In this document: positions 9,488-19,447 of the stretch, in pieces | How the letters are laid out: each line of letters begins with the position of its first letter | Position numbering within the stretch: position 1 is the first letter of the stretch | Assembly: GCA_963716255.1 (NCBI GenBank) | Contig: OY970303.1 | Span: 3,264,001 to 3,328,000, forward strand | Reading direction: 5' to 3' | From: an uncultured Gemmatimonadales bacterium | Lineage (GTDB): Bacteria > Gemmatimonadota > Gemmatimonadetes > Longimicrobiales > Longimicrobiaceae | Length of the DNA: 64,000 nt | Notes under the pieces: generated by a model | Told to the model about the DNA's origin: nothing | What the model saw: the letters and a program-made list of their open reading frames with translations, nothing else | Database searches by the model: none | Program-made: the position numbers and the translations under genes

Positions 9488-10672
9488 TCACTTCGCTTGT
9501 TTCCGGGCGCCGGAATTTTGCGGGCTTCTCCCGCGGCGTCCACCGGGAGGCCCCGCGGCGCCCCGCGACCCGGCCACGGTGAGGGCGCCGAACAGCACCG
9601 CGCCCAGCGCCAGCTGCAGGTAGAAGGTGAGGAATCGCCACCCCGCCGTCATCAGCCCCACGATGGGCGCCGGGAGGAGCGCCGAGTACACCAGGTAGAA
9701 GGCGGCCTCCGCGCCGCCCGAGGCGCCGGGGGTGGGAATGAAGAGCATCACCGTGAACACCACCCACTGGAGCAGGAAGAAGAGCACCGGGTCCACGTCC
9801 GCCCCCAGGAACGCGGCCAGCGCGGACACCACCGAGTATCGGCAGCTCCACTGCACCGCCGTGATCCCCATGGTGAGCAGGAAGCGGCTCTTCCCCCGCT
9901 CCACCACCAGGCGGTACACGTCCCGGAAGTCCCACCACGCCTTGCGGAGCCGGCGCCGCACGCGGGCGGCCATGCGCAGCCCGCTCCTGCGCGCCCGCGC
10001 GCCCAGGCGGCCGCGCAGCACCAGGCGGAAGAGGAGCCACAGGACCGCGGCCACGGTCGCAGCCACGCCCAGCACCTGCACGGCGCTCCCCTCGATCTCC
10101 CCCGCCACGCTCCGCAGGATGGGGAGATCCCACGCGGACGAGAGCACCACCGCGAGCGGGAGGGCGAGCAGGAAGAAGAGCAGGTCCTCGGCGTGTCCCA
10201 GGGCGATCACCGAGGCGGCGGCGCCGGGGGAGAGCCCCCGCTGCATCATCATCCCCCAGCGGAAGATCTCCCCGCCGGAGGAGCTGGGGAGCACCGACGA
10301 TCCCAGCTCGCCCCCCAGCACGATGCGGAGGGCGTCGCGGAAGCTCAGGTCGGTCCCGATGAAGCGCGTCCAGACCAGGAGCCGGAGCGCGTTGGTGAGC
10401 CAGGGGACCAGCCCCAGCAGGAGCGCCAGGTACAGGTAGCCGCGCGGCAGCGCGGGGAGGGTGGCGAGGAGCGCGCGGTCGGTGGTCGCCCAGGAGAGCG
10501 CCAGGTTCCCCAGCACCCCGAAGGGGATCAGCACCAGCGCCAGGCGGAACACCCGGTCCAGCGTCAGGCGCCCGCGCCGCCGCGGCTTCTGCGGCGCCAG
10601 CTCGCCCATTCCCCACACGTGCAGGCGGTCCGGCTCCGGGGGCGGGTGCGCGTCGGGCCGCGGGTCGGTCAC
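9488..10672 (-). CDS. Lysylphosphatidylglycerol synthase TM-domain (flippase-like) protein
   Basis: Multi-TM; PSSSGGE and PTPGASGGAE motifs, GWRFLTFY; start overlaps upstream stop. Confidence 0.85.
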   Translation of the reverse strand: MTDPRPDAHPPPEPDRLHVWGMGELAPQKPRRRGRLTLDRVFRLALVLIPFGVLGNLALSWATTDRALLATLPALPRGYLYLALLLGLVPWLTNALRLLVWTRFIGTDLSFRDALRIVLGGELGSSVLPSSSGGEIFRWGMMMQRGLSPGAAASVIALGHAEDLLFFLLALPLAVVLSSAWDLPILRSVAGEIEGSAVQVLGVAATVAAVLWLLFRLVLRGRLGARARRSGLRMAARVRRRLRKAWWDFRDVYRLVVERGKSRFLLTMGITAVQWSCRYSVVSALAAFLGADVDPVLFFLLQWVVFTVMLFIPTPGASGGAEAAFYLVYSALLPAPIVGLMTAGWRFLTFYLQLALGAVLFGALTVAGSRGAAGPPGGRRGRSPQNSGARKQAK

Positions 10673-11808
10673 GCGCCGCCTCCCCGCGCCGCGGCGACCA
10701 CCGCGGCGTAGCTGTCCAGCAGCCGGCCGTTGATCGCGCTCCAGTCGCGCTCGCGGGCGCTCGCCACCGCGCGCCGGGCCATCCGCGCCCTCTCCTGCGG
10801 GTCGCGGAGCAGGCTCGACACGCGGTCGGCCAGGTCGGCGGGGTCGTTGGCGCGCGCGATCCAGCCGTTCTCGCCGGGCTCGATCTGGTCCGGCGGGCCG
10901 CCGCGGTCCACCACCACCGCGGGGAGGCCGGAGGCCAGCGCCTCGGTGACCACGTTGCCGAAGGTCTCGGTGGTGGAAGGGAAGACGAACACGTCGCCGG
11001 AGGCGTACCAGCGGGCCAGCGCATCCCCCGTCTGGTGCCCGGCGAAGTGGGCGTCGGGGAGGCGCGCCTCCAGCTCGGCGCGCATGGGGCCGTCGCCCAC
11101 CAGCACCAGCCGGTAGCGGAGCTCCCGCGCGCGGAGGATGCCGTCCATCTCCACCAGGTCGGCCAGGTCCTTTTCCTTGACCAGGCGGCTCACCAGGAGC
11201 AGCACCGGGGTGTCGTCGTCGGCCCCCAGCGCGCGGCGAAGCTCGGGGTCTCGGAAGGCGGGGGAGAAGCGGCGCGTGTCCATTCCCCGCGACCACAGCT
11301 CCAGCCGGCCGATGCCGTGCGACTCCAGCTCGCGGATGATGCTCCGCGACGGAGCGTACACCCGCGCGCAGCGGGCGTAGAAACGGCGCAGCATCCCCCA
11401 CCCGAAGCCTTCCAGCGCGGGGACGCCGTAGTAGCGGAAGTAGGAGACGAAGTGGGTGTGGAAGCTGGAAACCACGGGGATGCCGCGGCGCGCGGCCCAG
11501 CGCTGCGCCCACGAAGCCATGGGGGTGGGGCTCACCACGTGGACCAGCTCCGGGGCCCACGCGTCCAGCTCGCGCCCCACGCGGTAGCTCCAGGGAATGG
11601 AGACCCGGTAGTCGGGGTAGGGGGGGAAGGAGAAGTAGCGCACCGGGCGCACCCGCTCGCTCCACGACACCTCCGGCCCCGGCACGAACGGCGAGTGGAC
11701 GCGGAACTCCACCCCCCGCGCCTCCAGCGTGCCGAAGAGCTGGGCCAGGGTGCGGGAGACCCCGTCCACGTGGGGGAGCAGGCTTTCCGTGAAGTACGCG
11801 ATCTTCAT
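10669..11808 (-). CDS. Glycosyltransferase family 4 (MgtA-like)
   Basis: MKIAYFTES...DGVSRTL; FPSTTETFGNVVTEALASGLP. Confidence 0.93.
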   Translation of the reverse strand: MKIAYFTESLLPHVDGVSRTLAQLFGTLEARGVEFRVHSPFVPGPEVSWSERVRPVRYFSFPPYPDYRVSIPWSYRVGRELDAWAPELVHVVSPTPMASWAQRWAARRGIPVVSSFHTHFVSYFRYYGVPALEGFGWGMLRRFYARCARVYAPSRSIIRELESHGIGRLELWSRGMDTRRFSPAFRDPELRRALGADDDTPVLLLVSRLVKEKDLADLVEMDGILRARELRYRLVLVGDGPMRAELEARLPDAHFAGHQTGDALARWYASGDVFVFPSTTETFGNVVTEALASGLPAVVVDRGGPPDQIEPGENGWIARANDPADLADRVSSLLRDPQERARMARRAVASARERDWSAINGRLLDSYAAVVAAARGGGA

Positions 11809-11856
11809 CCGCGGGGGTGCCGGGCCGGTCCCCGGCCCGCCCGGGGGAGGGGCAAT

Positions 11857-12534
11857 CTAACCCCCCGGGAGCCGCGGGAAAACCGCGCCCGGGCCCCGCA
11901 GCAGGTAGGCGGCGAACTTGACGTACTCGTTGAAGTAGGCGATCAGCCCCTCCTCGCTGCGCCACCAGTCGCCCTCGCCGAACTCCCAGGCGTCCACGGG
12001 GCTCATGAGGATCTCCGCGCCGAGGCCCCGCGTGCCGCGGCGCAGGGAGAGCCGCGCGCGCCGCGAGTGGTAAGAGTTGGTGACCGCCACCACGCGCCGC
12101 AGCCCGGTGGCGCGCAGGTAGCCGCGCAGCGCCCGGGCCTCGTCCACGGTGCTCGCGGCCCTGCCGGGGGGCTCCAGCACCACCACGGCCGAGCCGGGGA
12201 CGCCGCCGCGCCGGAGGATGCGCGCCGCGACGTCGGTGCGGTCGGGGTACAGTCCCTGGCGGACGGCGGGGCCCTGCTGCTCGCGCACCAGCACCACGCG
12301 CGGCGCCACGCCCCGGCGGTACAGCTCCGCGGCGTGGAAGGGGCGGGTGTTCAGCTCGCCGCCCAGCACCAGCACCAGCTCCGCGCGCCAAACGGGGTCG
12401 CGCACCGTGAGCAGGCGCGCGACCCCGGTCAGGAGGGGCGCCCGCAGCGCGTACGCGGCGAGCCCCAGCAGGAGCAGGGCGAGGGCGGCGGCCCCGGCCC
12501 GCCGCAGCCGGCGCCCTCGCCCCGCGCTTCCCAC
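11857..12534 (-). CDS. YdcF/DUF218 family protein
   Basis: N-terminal TM; VLVLGG, STVDEA, VTNSYHSRRA, NEYVK. Confidence 0.85.
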   Translation of the reverse strand: MGSAGRGRRLRRAGAAALALLLLGLAAYALRAPLLTGVARLLTVRDPVWRAELVLVLGGELNTRPFHAAELYRRGVAPRVVLVREQQGPAVRQGLYPDRTDVAARILRRGGVPGSAVVVLEPPGRAASTVDEARALRGYLRATGLRRVVAVTNSYHSRRARLSLRRGTRGLGAEILMSPVDAWEFGEGDWWRSEEGLIAYFNEYVKFAAYLLRGPGAVFPRLPGG

Positions 12535-12538
12535 GCCG

Positions 12539-13288
12539 TCAGTCGCGGCTGCGGAGCTTGCCCAGCAGGCGGAGCAGCTCCAGGTACAGCCACACGGTGG
12601 TCACCAGCAGCCCGAAGGCCCCGTACCACTCCATGCGCCGGTCCAGCCCGGCGCGCGCCCCCCGCTCCACGAAGTCGAAGTCCAGCACGTAGTTGAGCGC
12701 CGCCACCGCCACCACCACCAGCGAGAACCCGATTCCCATCCAGCCGTTGTCGTGGATCAGCGGCATGGTGAACCCGAAGAAGGAGCCGGCGAAGGCGACC
12801 AGGTAGTAGACGGCGATTCCCAGGGTGGCGGCGGTGATCCCGGCGCGAAAGCGGTCCGTGGCGCGGAGCAGCCCGGTGGAGTAGGCGGCCAGCAGCACGA
12901 ACAGCGTACCGAAGGTGAGCCCCACCGCCTGCATGGGAAGTCCCTGGTACTGCTGCTCGTAGGTCGCCGAGACGCCGCCCAGCAGCATCCCCTCGAGCGC
13001 CGCGTAGAGCGGCGCCGTCCAGGGCGCCAGGCGCGGGGCGAAGCAGGTGGCGATCCCCACCACCAGTCCGCCGACCGCGCCCACCAGGATCGCGCCGCCC
13101 ACCGCCTCGCGGTTCCCGGCGAAGTAGGCGGACCACACGAACGCGGCGGACACAGAGGCGATCACCAGCAGGACCAGCGTCTTGAGCGCGGTGCCGCCCA
13201 CGGTCATGCTGCGTGCGCCGACGCCGGCCTGGGCCTGGAGGCGCTTGAAGGCGCTCTCCCCGAGCGCCGGGTTCGAGGTGCGGTACAT
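12539..13288 (-). CDS. Bax inhibitor-1/YccA-like membrane protein
   Basis: RTSNPAL, YAALEG, LDFDFVE, EWYGAFGLLVTTVWLYLELLRLL. Confidence 0.9.
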   Translation of the reverse strand: MYRTSNPALGESAFKRLQAQAGVGARSMTVGGTALKTLVLLVIASVSAAFVWSAYFAGNREAVGGAILVGAVGGLVVGIATCFAPRLAPWTAPLYAALEGMLLGGVSATYEQQYQGLPMQAVGLTFGTLFVLLAAYSTGLLRATDRFRAGITAATLGIAVYYLVAFAGSFFGFTMPLIHDNGWMGIGFSLVVVAVAALNYVLDFDFVERGARAGLDRRMEWYGAFGLLVTTVWLYLELLRLLGKLRSRD

Positions 13289-13406
13289 TGGCTCTCCGTG
13301 CGTGGGGGTCGAAGGGTTGGGGGGAACGCTTAGCGGCGCTCGGCGGCCACCCGCAAGCGTTCGCCGGCAGCGGCGTGGAACGTGGAGACCCTTCCCGGGA
13401 CCCCGC

Positions 13407-14558
13407 TCACGACGGCGCGGCGTCCGCCAGCGGCGCCCCGAACACCCGGTACGTCTTGTACGCCGTGGCGCCCATCTTCTCCATGGCGCCGCGCATCTCC
13501 AGGTTGTCCTCCAGGATCCACGAGCCCTCGCCGGCGCGGTACCCGCGGGCGGCCGCCTCGCGGAAGGCGTGCACGTACATGGCCGCGCCCAGCCCCAGGT
13601 GCTGGTACCCGGGCTTGAGCCCCAGGGTGAGCACCCGCAGCGTGTCGATCTTCCTCCGGTGCCACAGGAACTTCAGGAAGCCGAAGGGGAAGAGCCGTCC
13701 GTCCGGGAGGTGGCGCAGCGCGCGGTTCAGGTCGGGGAGGCACAGGCAGAAGCCGATGGGCTCGCCGTCGTCCTTTTCGGCCAGGAAGACGATGTGCGGG
13801 TCCACCACCGGGCGGAGCTCCTTGGCCATGTGCTCGAACTCCGCCGCGGTCATGGGGACGAAACCCCAGTTCTGCGACCAGGCGGCGTTGTACACCTCCT
13901 GCACCCGCCGCACCTCCTCCTTGAGGTCCTTCATGCGCACGGCGCGGATGCGGGCGCCCATCCGCCTGGAGAGCCGCTCCATGGCGGCGACCGCGCGGGC
14001 CGGGGGCTCGGGGCTGGGCATCCAGTAGGCGACCAGGTCCTTTTCCTTGTCCAGCCCCGCCCCCTCCAGCAGCCCCGCGTAGAAGGGCGGGTTGTGCGAC
14101 ATCATCACCGCCGGTGGCGTGTCGAATCCCTCCACCAGCACGCCGGGGGAATACAGCTCGTCGTTGGTGGACAGGTTCATGGGGCCCACCAGCCGCTCCA
14201 TCCCGCGGGCGCGCAGCCAGGCGCGGGCCGCGTCCACCAGCGCCCGCGCCGCCTCCGCGTCGTCCAGGCACTCGAACAGCCCGAAGAACCCCGTCCGCTC
14301 GCCGTGGTGGTCGTTGAACTGGCGGTTCTCCACCGCGGCGACGCGCCCCACCGCCTCGCCCCCGCGCTCGGCGAGGAAGTACGCCACCTCGGCGTGCCGG
14401 TGAAACGGGTGCTTGCGCCGGTCGAGGAGCCCCTCCACCGCCATGCGCAGCGGCGGCACCCAGTTGGGATCGCCCGCGTTGGCCTTCCAGGCGAGGTCGA
14501 TGAAGCCGCGGAGGGACTCGCCCGGGGGGATCTCCCGGACGCGGAGCGGTGCCGTCAT
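13407..14558 (-). CDS. GNAT-fold protein (YghO-like), candidate bacterial ceramide synthase
   Basis: DPNWVPPL, GFFGLFEC, HNPPFY, AWSQNWGFVP, SWILEDN, YKTYRVF; adjacent to Spt-like gene. Confidence 0.8.
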   Translation of the reverse strand: MTAPLRVREIPPGESLRGFIDLAWKANAGDPNWVPPLRMAVEGLLDRRKHPFHRHAEVAYFLAERGGEAVGRVAAVENRQFNDHHGERTGFFGLFECLDDAEAARALVDAARAWLRARGMERLVGPMNLSTNDELYSPGVLVEGFDTPPAVMMSHNPPFYAGLLEGAGLDKEKDLVAYWMPSPEPPARAVAAMERLSRRMGARIRAVRMKDLKEEVRRVQEVYNAAWSQNWGFVPMTAAEFEHMAKELRPVVDPHIVFLAEKDDGEPIGFCLCLPDLNRALRHLPDGRLFPFGFLKFLWHRRKIDTLRVLTLGLKPGYQHLGLGAAMYVHAFREAAARGYRAGEGSWILEDNLEMRGAMEKMGATAYKTYRVFGAPLADAAPS

Positions 14559-14640
14559 GCGCGGTGCGGGGAGAGAGCGGGAAGGGGGAACGCGCGAAGG
14601 CGGCCGCGGCGCGCGCCGCGGCCGCCCCCGCCGGCGTGCC

Positions 14641-15855
14641 TCAGGAGATGATGCCCAGGTTGCGCCCCACCCGAGCGAAGGCGTCCAGCACCTGGTCCAG
14701 CTGCTCGCGCGTGTGCGTGGCCATGACCGAGGTGCGCAGCCGGCACGCGCTCTCGGGGACGGCGGGCGGGAGGACGGGGTTGGTGAACACGCCCGCGTCG
14801 AAGAGCGCCTTCCAGAAGATGAAGGTGTGCTCCATGTGCCCCGTGGAAACGGGGATGATGGGCGTCTCCGACTCGGCGGTGTCGAAGCCCAGCGACTGCA
14901 GGCCGCCGCGCAGGTAGCCGGCGTTGTCCCACAGGCGCTCGCGCCGCTCCGGCTCGCGCTCCATCACCTCCAGGCACGCCAGCACCGTGGCCACCGCGGA
15001 GGGCGGCATGCTTGCGCTGAAGATGAGGGTGCGGGCGTGGTGCTTGAGGTAGTGGACCACGTCGGCCGGGCCGGCGATGGCCCCCCCGATGGAGGCGAAC
15101 GACTTGGAGAAGGTGGCCATCACCAGGTCCACCCCCTCCTCCAGCCCGAAGTGCTGGGCCGTGCCCCCGCCGTGCTCCCCCAGCACCCCCACCGAGTGGG
15201 CGTCGTCCACCATCACCCGCGCGCCGAACTCCTCGGCCAGCGCGACGATGGCGGGGAGCGGGGCGATGTCGCCCTCCATGGAGAAGATGCCGTCGGTGAC
15301 GACGAGCATCCCCTTGCCGGCGTGCGTCTCCAGCAGCCGGCGCAGCGCGTCCATGTCCGCGTGGGGGTAGCGCGCCATCTCCCCGCCCGCCAGCATGGAC
15401 GCGTCCACCAGCGAGGCGTGGTTCAGCTTGTCGTGGATGGCGACGCTGCCGCGCCCCACCAGGGTGGAGATGACTCCCAGGTTGGTCTGGTAGCCGGTGC
15501 TGAACACCAGCGCGGCCTCCTGGCCCATGAGCCGGGCCAGGCGCACCTCCAGCTCCCCGTGCAGGTCGAGCGTGCCGTTCAGGAAGCGGCTCCCGGTGCA
15601 GCCGGTGCCGTAGCGGTACAGCGCCTCGCGGGCGCGCTCCAGGACGTACGGGTGGTGCGTGAGGCCCAGGTAGTTGTTGGAGCCGACCATGATCTTGCGC
15701 TCCCCGCGGATCACCACCTCGGTGTCCTCGGAGCTCTCGATCGGCTGGAAGTAAGGATACAGGCCGCGGTCGATCATCTCCCGGGCCGCCGTGAAGCGTC
15801 GGCACCGGTCGAAGAGGTCCGCGGACTTCCGTACCGTCTGGATATTGGTCGCCAT
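14641..15855 (-). CDS. spt: Alpha-oxoamine synthase, serine palmitoyltransferase-like
   Basis: YPYF, GSNNYLGL, GTGCTGSRFLNGT, NHASL, DDAH, TFSKS (PLP Lys); TGATG coupling to upstream gene. Confidence 0.8.
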   Translation of the reverse strand: MATNIQTVRKSADLFDRCRRFTAAREMIDRGLYPYFQPIESSEDTEVVIRGERKIMVGSNNYLGLTHHPYVLERAREALYRYGTGCTGSRFLNGTLDLHGELEVRLARLMGQEAALVFSTGYQTNLGVISTLVGRGSVAIHDKLNHASLVDASMLAGGEMARYPHADMDALRRLLETHAGKGMLVVTDGIFSMEGDIAPLPAIVALAEEFGARVMVDDAHSVGVLGEHGGGTAQHFGLEEGVDLVMATFSKSFASIGGAIAGPADVVHYLKHHARTLIFSASMPPSAVATVLACLEVMEREPERRERLWDNAGYLRGGLQSLGFDTAESETPIIPVSTGHMEHTFIFWKALFDAGVFTNPVLPPAVPESACRLRTSVMATHTREQLDQVLDAFARVGRNLGIIS

Positions 15856-16832
15856 CAAAGCCATCCGTTGGTTCGGTACCACCGGGCCGTGCGCTCGACG
15901 CCCACGGCCAGCGGCGTCGCTGCGCCGGGCGGGAGGAGCGCCTCCGAGCCGGACAGGTCGCAGACCCACCCCTCGGCCAGCATCTCCTCGGCCTTTTCCC
16001 GGTTGAAGGCCGGCGTGAATCCCGCCACCCGGCCGATCCCCTCCGTTGCCGCCGCCGCCGCCCGGACCAGCGCGGGGGGGAGGCCGATGCGGAGGGGATG
16101 CTTGCCCAGCGCGAGGGAGATGGCGTCCACCAGGGCGTCCATCGTGTGCTCCACCGGCTCCGCGACGGCGTACGTCGCGGCCGGTGCCCCCGCCGCCCCC
16201 TCCAGCGCCAGCGCCAGGTCGGGGGCATAGATCATGTGGAGCCGGCGCTCGCCCGCGGGGGTGGGCGCGATGCCGCGCTGCACCATCCTGAAGTACGTGA
16301 GGAGCGCACGGTCGCGCGGCCCGTACACCGCGGGGGCCCGGACGATCGTGGTCTCGATCCCCTCGGCTTCCAGGGCGCGGATCCGCCGCTCCCCTTCCAG
16401 CTTGCTCCTTCCGTACCCTGTCAGCGGGCGCGGGGTTTCACCCGCGCCCCGCGGCGCGCCGCCCCGCATGGGCCCGCAGGCCGCGTAGGAGCTCAGGTAC
16501 ACCAGCCGCCGGGGGCGCGCCGGAGCGCGCAGGAGACCCTCCGCCACGGCCGCCGTCCCTTCCGCGTTGGCGCTCAGGTACGCGGCCTCGCTGGGTGCGG
16601 CGACGACGGCCGCCAGGTGGAAGACCACGTCCACGCCGTCCGCTCCGCGGGACACGGCCGCCGGGTCCGCCAGGTCGCCGACGACGCGCTCCACGCCGTG
16701 CCGCTCCAGGTGCGCAACCTCGCTGGTGGGGCGCACGAGCGCACGGAGCCGCCAGCCGGAGGAGGACAACCGCTCGACGAGATGGCTCCCCACGAAACCG
16801 GTGGCTCCGGTAATCAGTGCGGAGCGGCTCAC
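15855..16832 (-). CDS. NAD-dependent epimerase/dehydratase (extended SDR), candidate ceramide reductase
   Basis: ITGATGFVG, YLSS, YGRSK, RAPAVYGP. Confidence 0.85.
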   Translation of the reverse strand: MSRSALITGATGFVGSHLVERLSSSGWRLRALVRPTSEVAHLERHGVERVVGDLADPAAVSRGADGVDVVFHLAAVVAAPSEAAYLSANAEGTAAVAEGLLRAPARPRRLVYLSSYAACGPMRGGAPRGAGETPRPLTGYGRSKLEGERRIRALEAEGIETTIVRAPAVYGPRDRALLTYFRMVQRGIAPTPAGERRLHMIYAPDLALALEGAAGAPAATYAVAEPVEHTMDALVDAISLALGKHPLRIGLPPALVRAAAAATEGIGRVAGFTPAFNREKAEEMLAEGWVCDLSGSEALLPPGAATPLAVGVERTARWYRTNGWL

Positions 16833-17002
16833 CTTTGGGGAGTCAAGATGCGCGGGAAAGGCAAAAAGCGCAACAGGATGCGGGTACTGGAAGGCCGCCC
16901 GCGCCCCGGAGGGCGCGGACCCGGCACAGTAAATATGCGGCAGAGGAGGCAGGAAGTCACGGGTCACGGCGCCGGACCCGTCCACTTTGCGGGGGGCGGC
17001 GG

Positions 17003-17845
17003 CTACGGCTCCGACTCGCGCCACCAGTCGCGGGCGGCGGCGAAGAGTGCGTGGAGCGCCGCCGCGTCGCCACGCGCGAGCGCATCGTGCAGCTCGTCCA
17101 GACCGGCGCGCAGCGCCTCCACCGCGGCGGCGAGCGGTGCGGCGTTGTCCTGGGCGATGGCGGTCCACATCTCGGGGGAGCTGCCGGCCAGGCGGGTGAC
17201 GTCGCGTCCGCCGGGGCCCAGCTCGGCGCGGGAGACGCCGGCCGCGGCGAGCGTGCGGGCGAGGGTGATGGAGGCGAGGTGGGGGAGGTGGCTGGTGCGG
17301 GCCAGGAGGAGGTCGTGCGCGGCGGGGTCGACGGTCTCGGGGAGGGCGCCCAGCGCGGTCCACAGCTCGCGCGCGAGCGCCAGCGCGGCCCCGCCGGCGG
17401 AGGGAGCGGGCGCGAGGAAGATGCGCCGCCCGGCGAAAAGCCCGGCGCGCGAGGCGTCCCACCCCGACAGGTGCGAGCCGGCCAGCGGGTGCGAGCCCAC
17501 GAAGACCCCGCCGATCCCCAGCGCCTCCGCCGCGGCGCACACGCTGGCCTTGGTGCTCCCCACGTCGGTGACCAGACGGGCGGCGCGCAGCCGCGGAGCC
17601 AGCTCCCCCAGCACCATTGCGGCCGCGGTCACCGGGACCGCGGCCACCACCAGCTCCGCCTCCTCCACGCCCTCCAGCCCCGGCCCGAGCGCGGTGTGCA
17701 CCGCGCCGTCCCGCATCGCGCCCGCCAGGCTCGCCGCGTCGCGGTCGTGCCCCAGCACGCGCACCCCCCGCGCCGCCAGGTCGCGCGCGAGCGAGCCGCC
17801 CACCAGCCCCAGCCCCACGACGGCGGCGGTGCGGACCTGGTTCAC
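17003..17845 (-). CDS. tyrA: Prephenate/arogenate dehydrogenase
   Basis: VVGLGLVGGSLA, TDVGSTK, GSHPLAG, SHLPHL, DVTRLAGSSPEMW. Confidence 0.92.
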   Translation of the reverse strand: MNQVRTAAVVGLGLVGGSLARDLAARGVRVLGHDRDAASLAGAMRDGAVHTALGPGLEGVEEAELVVAAVPVTAAAMVLGELAPRLRAARLVTDVGSTKASVCAAAEALGIGGVFVGSHPLAGSHLSGWDASRAGLFAGRRIFLAPAPSAGGAALALARELWTALGALPETVDPAAHDLLLARTSHLPHLASITLARTLAAAGVSRAELGPGGRDVTRLAGSSPEMWTAIAQDNAAPLAAAVEALRAGLDELHDALARGDAAALHALFAAARDWWRESEP

Positions 17846-17937
17846 GGCGAGGAGATGGGGAACAGGGAAGAGGGAACAGGGAACAGCCTGCAACGGCAAG
17901 GGACAGGAAGCGCACCTCGCGGACGCGAGCTCGAACT

Positions 17938-18067
17938 CGCGTGAGGGATTTCGGCCCGAAGGGGCGAGACCGCGCGGCTGTTTGCGCGGGCTCGACTCCG
18001 TTGAGCACGGTTGTTTCGTGCTCTACGGAGCCGAAGCCCGACCCCGGCGTCAGCCGGGGGCACGCCC
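17938..18067 (-). repeat. Structured repeat family A copy
   Basis: Variable stem GAGCACG/CGTGCTC; lies between chorismate mutase and tyrA. Confidence 0.95.
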
Positions 18068-18092
18068 AAGGCCGCAGTGAGCCGTTCGAAGC

Positions 18093-18392
18093 TCACTCCT
18101 CTTCCACCTGCGCGCGCCGCGAAAGCCCGATCAGGTGCCAGAACAGCGCACGCATCTCCTCGTCCACGAGCCCGGCCTCGCGGGCCAGCGCCCCCGCCCG
18201 CCGGACGACCGCGGCTTCACGCGCGGGGTCCAGCGTCGGAAGGTCGGCGGCGCGTTTCGCTTTCCCGACCTCCCGGGCGAGCCGCACCCGCTCCGCGACC
18301 AGGGAAACGATCTCCCGGTCGATCCGCTCGATCTCCCCGCGGAGCCGAATCAGATCTTGCCCGGCGGAACTCGCCTTCGCCGGGCCGCTCAT
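18093..18392 (-). CDS. Chorismate mutase (AroQ type)
   Basis: LRGEIERIDREIVSLVAERVRLAREVGKAK, DPARE, SRRAQ. Confidence 0.92.
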   Translation of the reverse strand: MSGPAKASSAGQDLIRLRGEIERIDREIVSLVAERVRLAREVGKAKRAADLPTLDPAREAAVVRRAGALAREAGLVDEEMRALFWHLIGLSRRAQVEEE

Positions 18393-19447
18393 GCCGCCTC
18401 GAGTTCTGCGTCATCTTTCATCTCCGGGAGCGTGCGTCCGGCGGCGAGCGCGAAGGGACGGAGGGCCCGCATCAGCTCGGCGAAGGCCGCCGGGCTGAGC
18501 GACTGGTCCCCGTCCGAGAGCGCTTTCTCCGGACACGGGTGGACTTCTACGATCAGGCCGTCGGCGCCCGCCGCCACGGCCGCGAAGGACAGGGGTGCGA
18601 CCAGGTCGGCGCGTCCGCCGGCGTGGCTGGGATCCACGATGACGGGGAGGTGCGTCTCCGCCTTGAGGACGGGGATTGCCGCGACGTCCAGCGTGTTGCG
18701 GGTGGAGGTCTCGAAGGTCCGGATCCCCCGCTCGCAGAGGATGACGTCGCGGTTGCCCTGCGCCATGACGTACTCGGCCGCCATGAGCAGCTCCTTGAGG
18801 GTGGCGGAGAGCCCCCGCTTGAGCAGGATGGGGCGCTGCACCCTTCCCAGCTCGGAGAGCAGGGAGAAGTTCTGCATGTTGCGGGCGCCCACCTGGAGCA
18901 CGTCGGCGTACTCGGCCACCAGCTCCACCTGGCGGGTGTCCATGACCTCGGTGACCACGGGGAGCCCGGTGCGGGCGCGCACGTCGGCCAGCAGCAGGAG
19001 CGCGGCCTTGCCCATCCCCTGGAAGGCGTAGGGCGAGGTGCGCGGCTTGAAGGCCCCGCCCCGCAGCATCCCCGCCCCGGAGGCCTGGATGGCCCGGGCG
19101 GTCTCTTCGAGCATCTCGCGCCCCTCCACCGAGCAGGGGCCGGCGATCACCGCCAGGGCACGCCCGCCGATGCTGGCGCCCGCACGGTCGCCCACGCGGA
19201 TCACGGTGGGCTCGGCGGCGAACTCGCGCGAGGCCATCTTGTACGGCTTCTGGATGGGGGTGACCGACTCCACCCCGGGGAGGGCGCGGAGCGCGGCCTC
19301 GGGGAGGACGGTCTCGTCGCCGATGCACCCCATGACGACCCGGTGCTCGCCGCGGGAGATGTGGGTGCGCAGGCCGTAGACCTCCACGCGCTCGCGGATG
19401 GCGTCGAGCTCGGAGTCGGTGATGTCGGGACGGGTGACGATGATCAT
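18389..19447 (-). CDS. aroF: 3-deoxy-7-phosphoheptulonate (DAHP) synthase, class I-beta
   Basis: AGPCSVE, RGGAFKPRTSPY, GARNMQNF, LKRG, DPSH, EVHP. Confidence 0.96.
   Translation of the reverse strand: MIIVTRPDITDSELDAIRERVEVYGLRTHISRGEHRVVMGCIGDETVLPEAALRALPGVESVTPIQKPYKMASREFAAEPTVIRVGDRAGASIGGRALAVIAGPCSVEGREMLEETARAIQASGAGMLRGGAFKPRTSPYAFQGMGKAALLLLADVRARTGLPVVTEVMDTRQVELVAEYADVLQVGARNMQNFSLLSELGRVQRPILLKRGLSATLKELLMAAEYVMAQGNRDVILCERGIRTFETSTRNTLDVAAIPVLKAETHLPVIVDPSHAGGRADLVAPLSFAAVAAGADGLIVEVHPCPEKALSDGDQSLSPAAFAELMRALRPFALAAGRTLPEMKDDAELEAA

Noticed and set aside
14641..15855. bioF or kbl assignment
   Set aside because: No bio or tdh genes nearby; motifs and GNAT/SDR context favour Spt, though this is not excluded
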